A stretch of DNA of 64,000 nt. Origin: Patescibacteria group bacterium (lineage in GTDB: Bacteria > Patescibacteriota > Minisyncoccia > Phycocordibacterales > PALSA-1337). Location: positions 34,615-98,614 of the forward strand of contig JBBTRA010000007.1 in the NCBI GenBank assembly GCA_038065415.1. The letters run 5' to 3'. Below the pieces are notes generated by a model. It ran no database searches. It was not told the DNA's origin and worked only from the letters and a program-made list of their open reading frames with translations. Below, piece after piece: positions 57,742 through 64,000 of the stretch. The first letter of the stretch is position 1. Every line of letters starts with the position of its first letter. A program made the position numbers and the translations under genes.

Positions 57742-58629
57742 TTATTGTGAAATAGTTGAGATATTGGAAAATGCTGCACCCGGTTCTCCTGCCGAGAACA
57801 AGACTCCGTACGATCTGAAATATACATTCAACCCCTGGAGCGCGGTGTTGATTGTATTCTTCGCAGGTGCGTAGGTGCCGAGCGCGACAAGTGCTTGCAT
57901 AGGATCCTTCTCGGTTGCTCGGAGTCCCTGCGCGATATAGAGGCTCATGCTGAGACCATTCAAGAGATCGAGATGGTATTGTTCGAGCGGCTTGGGAACT
58001 GACAGGGCGAGCATTGCAGAGATCATTCTCTGGTGCCCAGTGATGACTGGGTCAATCGAAGCAAGGATTGAGAAATCTTGTTTTTCCAAGGCTTCTGTTG
58101 CAATCATGGCCGCGTCGGTCGTCGGCATATGTGCGGCAAATGTTGAAACGAGCGTGTTTCCGTATCCATGCAATGCAGCTGTCCCCGCATCAGCAGAGAC
58201 GCGCACATCAGCGAGGGTGTACAAACGAGGGGCGAGAGCTGATTCGAGAGAAGTATCAATCGTGTAGTCGACAGCATTTTGCACGGCGGTTTCATTGCCG
58301 ATCAAGTTTCCCTGCTGTAATTGCACATAGCTTGTGAAAAAATTCCTGCCGATCTGATCAGTTAATGTGAGAGGTTCAGTATTCTGTTTCGCGGTACCTG
58401 TCGATGCTTTTGGTGCAGGTGCAGTGCTTGTTCCGATACTGAAAAATTGGCTTCTCCATGAATCTGATGTGCTTCGTGGAGCTTCATTTTCAGAGATGAC
58501 ATCTACAGTTGCGACAGGGGCATAGTCGCGAGATTTTCCTTGTCGGACATAGAGTGCGGTCGCAAGTACGGCAACTGCGCATACCACGAAAATGAGAGGC
58601 GTCTGAAGGCGCAAGGAAGAAAATGCCAT
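57742..58629 (-). CDS. Membrane-anchored hypothetical protein
   Basis: N-terminal TM, TLTD..GR.F, VP....HL.L.N, DPMQAL. Confidence 0.75.
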   Translation of the reverse strand: MAFSSLRLQTPLIFVVCAVAVLATALYVRQGKSRDYAPVATVDVISENEAPRSTSDSWRSQFFSIGTSTAPAPKASTGTAKQNTEPLTLTDQIGRNFFTSYVQLQQGNLIGNETAVQNAVDYTIDTSLESALAPRLYTLADVRVSADAGTAALHGYGNTLVSTFAAHMPTTDAAMIATEALEKQDFSILASIDPVITGHQRMISAMLALSVPKPLEQYHLDLLNGLSMSLYIAQGLRATEKDPMQALVALGTYAPAKNTINTALQGLNVYFRSYGVLFSAGEPGAAFSNISTISQ

Positions 58630-58704
58630 ATACCCGCAATTATATCAGAGAATGGCTTTATTTCTGCGAATTCTGTGGACAGTCGATATGGTTTTATCTC
58701 TTGG

Positions 58705-59709
58705 TTATTGAGCTGATGTGCCGATTTGATAGATGGTGCCACTCGGACTCCCTTCGGGGGTGCAATCTTCACCGTGATATACGAGGCAACTGCCTCCTGG
58801 ACTATAGTTTCCGAGTACATTCTGGCCTGTCCCGTAAACGTTGTAGTTTGAGAATATTCTGCTTGCTCCTGGCTGGTATATGACGGAGACTGTTTGTCCG
58901 CGGACATCATTGATATCGAGCATAATAGATGAGGCGCAAGTGCAGTAAGTGACCCGGTTGACCCTGCCACCAAAGTTTTGCAGACCGCCGCCACCTCCCC
59001 CTCCGAATCCACCACCCCCGAAACTTCCTCCCCCTCCACCACCTCCAGCCCCGGGAAGGAAGTTGCCTAGAGTTGCACCAGTGGTCCCGTTTGGACTGAG
59101 TCCATAGAGCACATCGTATACCTGCTGGCCGAAATCACCGAGCAGCTGGGTCCAACCAAGACCGGTTAGGTAGCCCCAAACTTCCTTGTCGAGTTCTTTG
59201 AATCCTCCACCATCATCAGCGGGCTGGTAGGTTATAGTATCGCTCGATGTAGCCACATAATAGCTTTGCGGAGTGTATGAATTGTAGGTTATCGGAGCAT
59301 ACGTTGTAGGCGCAGGTTCAGAATATACGATGGGAGCATTGGAAGCCTGCGTGACTGAAGGAACATTGAATGAATCTCTGTATTCAGGGTCAGATCGTAT
59401 ATAAGTAACCGGAGGTGCTTGGTCTCGAGATGCGGGCGGTACGTATGTAGTTGACTCAGGTTCATCATCTGGTTCCGCCACAGGTTCTGGAGGAGTGTAT
59501 CTATAAGGAGTCTCTGTACCCCGAGCATCTATCGCCCGGTCGGTTGTCGGACGATCGAATGGAGAGAAGCCGGGTGGTGTTTCTGTAGAGTCCGGAGCTG
59601 TTTCTGATGGGTTCCACCATGCAATGAAGAGCCCGATAGCGAGCAAAAATAGGAGAAACGCTATGATGAGAGCAATCAGTTTTTTATGACCGCCATTTTC
59701 TTGGTTCAT
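58705..59709 (-). CDS. Membrane-anchored protein with P/T/Y stalk, poly-Gly linker and Cys-containing C-terminal domain
   Basis: TM, G-rich linker, FGGRV...CTC...LG.Y....C...C...IGTS. Confidence 0.75.
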   Translation of the reverse strand: MNQENGGHKKLIALIIAFLLFLLAIGLFIAWWNPSETAPDSTETPPGFSPFDRPTTDRAIDARGTETPYRYTPPEPVAEPDDEPESTTYVPPASRDQAPPVTYIRSDPEYRDSFNVPSVTQASNAPIVYSEPAPTTYAPITYNSYTPQSYYVATSSDTITYQPADDGGGFKELDKEVWGYLTGLGWTQLLGDFGQQVYDVLYGLSPNGTTGATLGNFLPGAGGGGGGGSFGGGGFGGGGGGGLQNFGGRVNRVTYCTCASSIMLDINDVRGQTVSVIYQPGASRIFSNYNVYGTGQNVLGNYSPGGSCLVYHGEDCTPEGSPSGTIYQIGTSAQ

Positions 59710-59723
59710 GCACCACTATTCTA

Positions 59724-60527
59724 TCATGAAGCTATGGTGAACCAGTCCGGTATGGTGATATCTTCGGCTCGGATCTTGGGGTCAAGACCCGCTTTTGTCC
59801 ACACGGCCACGGCAGATTCCTTTTCTAGTGCCGCTTCTACGTTTCTGAGTGCAAATTTTCTTTTGTGTGCAAAACCCGCCTTAACAACTTTGAAGAATCT
59901 CGATATGTCGGTATTTTTTTCTCGAAAGAGTCGGTCGGATATGTCGGTGATCGAGAGAATTGCTGAGTCTACAGTCGGTGGCGGAGTGAAGGCTCCTGGC
60001 GGAACTTTCGCAACAAGCTTTGGTGTGCCAAATGCTTTTACTGATATAGAAAGGATGCTCTCTTTGCCATCTCGTGTGACGATGCGTTCAGCGACTTCCT
60101 TTTGTACAAGAAGCACCATTCTGTCCGGGCGCGGGCCATGTTCGAGGAATTTCTCGAGGATAGCTCCTGTTATGTAGTACGGGATGTTGGCGACCAGAGA
60201 GTAAGAAGCTGGGACTAGGGAGTAAGGAGACGCTGCTAGAGTTTCAGCCGTCATTTCTAGGATGTCCCCCTCAATGAGCTTCAGATTTCCTGCCAGGATG
60301 TCATCTTTGAAACTGTCTTTGAGCAGCTCTATGGCTCGAGCATCCTTCTCGACAGCTGTGACTTGTGCGCCCATGGCCAGGAGAGCACGTGTCAAAATAC
60401 CAGTCCCTGGACCTATTTCCAGCACAGCCTCCCCTTTTTGTAGGGTTGCTGCTGAAATAATCTGATCCAGTACATGTGTGGAGTTCAGAAAATGTTGGCC
60501 CAGGGATTTTTTTGCGAACAGTCTCAT
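59724..60527 (-). CDS. rsmA: 16S rRNA dimethyltransferase RsmA/KsgA
   Basis: KKSLGQHFL, LEIGPGTG, ANIPYYIT, QKEVAER, F.P.P.VDS. Confidence 0.97.
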   Translation of the reverse strand: MRLFAKKSLGQHFLNSTHVLDQIISAATLQKGEAVLEIGPGTGILTRALLAMGAQVTAVEKDARAIELLKDSFKDDILAGNLKLIEGDILEMTAETLAASPYSLVPASYSLVANIPYYITGAILEKFLEHGPRPDRMVLLVQKEVAERIVTRDGKESILSISVKAFGTPKLVAKVPPGAFTPPPTVDSAILSITDISDRLFREKNTDISRFFKVVKAGFAHKRKFALRNVEAALEKESAVAVWTKAGLDPKIRAEDITIPDWFTIAS

Positions 60528-60532
60528 GGTTG

Positions 60533-62563
60533 TTAGAAGTCTATGAATAACGCCTTTGCTCCACTCGATTTCTCCGGAGGGGCTTGGTCTTCAATCAGTG
60601 TTGTCTCAATGTCGTTGATGAATTCAGAAGGCGTATTGACTCGCTGGGCGCCATAGACCGTACGGATGATTGTGTGGCTCAAATGTACCTTTTTGCGGGC
60701 GCGTGTCAACGCGACATAGAAGAGGCGACGTTCTTCCTCGCTCTCTGACTCGCTCATGCCCGCATCATCCATGTGTTTGAATGGAAAAAGGTCTTGCTCG
60801 AGTCCTGCAATGAAGACATGGTCGAATTCAAGGCCCTTTGAAGCGTGTACCGTCATGAGGCGTACTGCGTCATGATCTTTTTCCAGTTCGTCCTGATCGC
60901 TCGCGAGTGCTGCGTTGGTCAGAAATGCTTCCATTCCTGCAGGGATTGATTCTGAAGGTGCATTCTCAGGTTTCGAAAACAAAGATTCTTCACCCACGGT
61001 AGCTTTTTGATTTGTCATACCTGCGGGCACGCTTTCAGTAACATACTCATCATACTGTGCAGCCACAGTTACCAATTCCTGCACATTGAGCAAGCGCTCC
61101 TCATCCTCCGCGTCCCCATCACGGAACATGCGCTCGAGCCCTGTCTCTTGTAGTACGAATCGTACGGCTTCAGAAGGTTTCTTTTCCAGGATTTCGCGAC
61201 GGATGTCCTCAAGCAGTTTCCAGAATGAGCTGAGCTTCGCTTGCATGGCCGATGGTAGGAGATCAGGTCTTCCTGACATGATCTTTGCGATAGACACTTT
61301 TCCTATTCCCCGCGTGGGTACGTTGATGATACGGCCGATATCAGCCCAGGATTCCCTGTTGAGCGATGCACGGATGTATGAGAGTACATCTTTGACTTCC
61401 TTTCTCTCGAAGAATCGTACCCCGAGCAGTTGGTACGGGATATTTTTCTTGATGAAAGCCTCTTCGATTGCTCGAGACTGGAAATTTGCACGGTACAGCA
61501 CCGCAATATCCCGAGCAGAAGTTCCCTTTTCGATGAGTGCACGGGATGTGTCAGCGATGTTTCGGGCTTCATCGACTTCGGTATACGATGCGTTGAGAGA
61601 GATCTTCTCTCCTGCATCGTTGTCGGTGTACAGGGTCTTCTTTTTACGGAGTCTATTTTTCTCGATGACATTGTTTGCTGCAGAAAGAATAGTTTTTGTG
61701 GAACGGTAGTTCTTCTCAAGGGCGATCACCGTGGTTTCAGGGTAATCCTTTTCGAAATTCAAAATATTCTCGATAGTTGCACCTCTCCAGCTGTAGATGT
61801 TCTGGTCAGCATCACCGACCACACAGATGTTTTTGTGTCCCTCGGCAAGATATTTAGCGATCTTGTATTGCACCTTGTTGGTGTCTTGGTACTCATCTAT
61901 ATGTATGTACTTCCAGATGGTCTGGTATTTCCTGCGGACCTGCTCATTTTTTGCGAGGAGCTGCATCGTTTTGAGGAGGAGGTCGTCGAAATCAAGAGAT
62001 TTGTCCTTGGTGAGCAGTGCATCGTACCTTTCCCAGACCTGAGCCACCATCTCTTGGATGTGGTCTTTTGCAGCATCCGTATACTCGAGGCGGCTCATGC
62101 CATCGCCCTTGGCGCGGGAGATCATATTCAATATAGTGCCTGGGTCAAACCTCTTTGGATCAATCGAACATTGTTCCATAGCGTCTTTGACTGCTCTTTT
62201 TGAGTCACCTCGGTCGCAGATGGTGAAGTGGCGGGTCAGGCCGAGGAGTACGGCGTTTTCTCTGATGATGTGTACGCCGAGTGCGTGAAATGTGCTTAGA
62301 AATGGTCGTTCATGAAAAGAAATAGGCACATTGAGATCCTTGTCCTGCTCGATGAGCTCGTGTACGCGCTCCCGCATCTCTTTTGCAGCTTTGTTAGTGA
62401 ATGTTATTGCGAGGATGTTGTGCGGAGCTACCCCTTTCTTGATGAGGTTGAGTATCCTTTGGGTGATGACGCGAGTTTTGCCCGCTCCTGCTCCGGCAAT
62501 GATGAGAAGTGGACCCTCTACGGTGTCGACGGCGCGTTGTTGGGCTTCGTTGAGGGTGGACAT
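60533..62563 (-). CDS. pcrA: ATP-dependent DNA helicase PcrA/UvrD
   Basis: AGAGAGKT, TFTNKAA, DEYQD, NYRS, HASKGLEF, EERRLFYVALTRA. Confidence 0.95.
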   Translation of the reverse strand: MSTLNEAQQRAVDTVEGPLLIIAGAGAGKTRVITQRILNLIKKGVAPHNILAITFTNKAAKEMRERVHELIEQDKDLNVPISFHERPFLSTFHALGVHIIRENAVLLGLTRHFTICDRGDSKRAVKDAMEQCSIDPKRFDPGTILNMISRAKGDGMSRLEYTDAAKDHIQEMVAQVWERYDALLTKDKSLDFDDLLLKTMQLLAKNEQVRRKYQTIWKYIHIDEYQDTNKVQYKIAKYLAEGHKNICVVGDADQNIYSWRGATIENILNFEKDYPETTVIALEKNYRSTKTILSAANNVIEKNRLRKKKTLYTDNDAGEKISLNASYTEVDEARNIADTSRALIEKGTSARDIAVLYRANFQSRAIEEAFIKKNIPYQLLGVRFFERKEVKDVLSYIRASLNRESWADIGRIINVPTRGIGKVSIAKIMSGRPDLLPSAMQAKLSSFWKLLEDIRREILEKKPSEAVRFVLQETGLERMFRDGDAEDEERLLNVQELVTVAAQYDEYVTESVPAGMTNQKATVGEESLFSKPENAPSESIPAGMEAFLTNAALASDQDELEKDHDAVRLMTVHASKGLEFDHVFIAGLEQDLFPFKHMDDAGMSESESEEERRLFYVALTRARKKVHLSHTIIRTVYGAQRVNTPSEFINDIETTLIEDQAPPEKSSGAKALFIDF

Positions 62564-62780
62564 GCGGGTAGTGTAACAGATAGTGTTGCTTTTTTATATT
62601 TTTGCGCACAATCAATGATTCATAATCCCCCAAATATTGACACTTTGTCTAGTAAAATGACTGTGTATAGCTTTCATTGACAATCTTTTCCTAGCTGATA
62701 CCCTGTACTGGTACCCTCACATATGAAGGTCAAATAATGGCTTAACAAGGCCTTTTATTTATAACTAGCACCGCCCCGGA

Positions 62781-63893
62781 ATGAATGGCGCCATCGCCGA
62801 GATGGCTTGCAGAAATGAAAAATACGTTATGGAATATACTACTAAAAATAGACCACATAATATCTCATTTTCAAAGCGCACTGCTATCTGGTGCGCTCTT
62901 GTGGGCGTATCGGTGCTAGCTATATTTACCTATTCGGAGACCGCACACGCAGGTCTCCTTTCGTATATGAACTCGATTTTTGGTGGCGAACAGGCATCAG
63001 CAAAAATTGATGCTTTTTCGGGGGGTAGTTCTCAAACAGTTGCCCTTCTCCAGCCCGCAATCGCCTTTGATCCGAGTCTAGAAAAGCCTACAGGAGTCGT
63101 ACCAGTGGTCGGAGATACTCTTGTTGCTGAAGTGGCACTTGCTGACGTATATGTGGCAGATGTATCAGGAACTCAGATCAGCTCATATATCGTACGTGAT
63201 GGCGATACTCTGTCGGGTATAGCCAAGATGTTCGGCGTGTCGGTCAATACCATCTTGTGGGCCAATGATATCAGCAGGTCATCAGCCTTGCGCACAGGTC
63301 AGACTCTCATCATCCTCCCTGTTACGGGCATCAACTACACAATAAAGAAGGGAGATACGATCAAAGGCATAGCACTCAAATACAAAGTTGATATCGATGA
63401 AATGCTTCAGTACAACGATCTTACCCTCGATTCAACTATTTCTATAGGTCAGACCATCATCATTCCTGATGCCGAGCTCCAAATCGCGGTACCAACCAAG
63501 ACTGTAGCAAAAGCAAATCCTGCACATGATACCAATGGTCCTGATTATTCCGGCTACTACACACGTCCAGTTTCTGGAGGCGTGAAAACTCAAGGCCTCC
63601 ATGGATATAATGGCGTGGATATTGCAGGTCCAGTCGGCACTCCTCTCTATGCAGCTGCGGCGGGCACGGTCATCGTCAGTGCAACAGGAGGTTGGAATGG
63701 AGGATACGGTAATCTGGTTATTATATCTCATGCCAATGGCACCCAGACTGTCTATGCGCACAATTCGAAGAACCTCGTCACTATCGGCCAGAAGGTTGAA
63801 CAGGGACAGAAAATAGCGCTCATGGGTGCTACGGGCAAATCTACAGGATCACATGTACACTTCGAAATTCGTGGTGCCAAGAATCCGTTCTAA
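62781..63893 (+). CDS. LysM-LysM-M23 peptidase (start may be 62829)
   Basis: Two LysM repeats (YIVRDGDTL, YTIKKGDTI), H...D, YAH, HVHFE. Confidence 0.93.
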   Translation: MNGAIAEMACRNEKYVMEYTTKNRPHNISFSKRTAIWCALVGVSVLAIFTYSETAHAGLLSYMNSIFGGEQASAKIDAFSGGSSQTVALLQPAIAFDPSLEKPTGVVPVVGDTLVAEVALADVYVADVSGTQISSYIVRDGDTLSGIAKMFGVSVNTILWANDISRSSALRTGQTLIILPVTGINYTIKKGDTIKGIALKYKVDIDEMLQYNDLTLDSTISIGQTIIIPDAELQIAVPTKTVAKANPAHDTNGPDYSGYYTRPVSGGVKTQGLHGYNGVDIAGPVGTPLYAAAAGTVIVSATGGWNGGYGNLVIISHANGTQTVYAHNSKNLVTIGQKVEQGQKIALMGATGKSTGSHVHFEIRGAKNPF

Positions 63894-64000
63894 ATTTTTT
63901 CTCGGTATTGTAGTGCTTCGAGCACACAGTCTTTCGTAATATATTCTTTGCCCGCTAGATCCGCGATCGAGCGGGCTACTTTCATGGTCCTGTGGAATGC
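63890..64000 (-). CDS. comM: 3' end of ComM/YifB Mg-chelatase-like ATPase (partial)
   Basis: Hand translation AFHRTMKVARSIADLAGKEYITKDCVLEALQYREKI*. Confidence 0.8.
   Translation of the reverse strand, partial: AFHRTMKVARSIADLAGKEYITKDCVLEALQYREKI

Noticed and set aside
46418-59709. ICE or prophage
   Set aside because: No integrase, relaxase, att repeats or virion genes, and the flanks are core genes.

Overview
This is a chromosomal window from a small-genome bacterium, most likely Patescibacteria/CPR (Parcubacteria-like). That call rests on rplK without rplA, CCA-less tRNAs, mostly leaderless genes, a short YebC and scattered type IV pilus genes; the code is standard (TGA is stop). The window spans the replication origin (dnaN-oriC-dnaA / rpmH-rnpA-yidC) and holds housekeeping genes, seven tRNAs and a chromosomal PrgI/VirB4/VirB6-like T4SS cluster with no relaxase in view. 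Main leads: (1) a thyA-dcd-folA cluster whose ThyA carries the cytosine-specificity signature (Asn->Asp, PCH->PCP) and whose Dcd lacks the catalytic deaminase Glu, suggesting a dCMP-methylation route; (2) two long perfect palindromes with different arms but a conserved 36-nt core, plus a palindromic element inserted in frame in polA; (3) two candidate structured RNAs (a 6S-like RNA upstream of ruvB and a ~400-nt promoter-to-terminator unit near 32.1-32.6 kb); (4) tRNA-Arg(GCG) and a shared CAG trailer on the tRNAs. All calls come from reading motifs by eye; no database searches were run.
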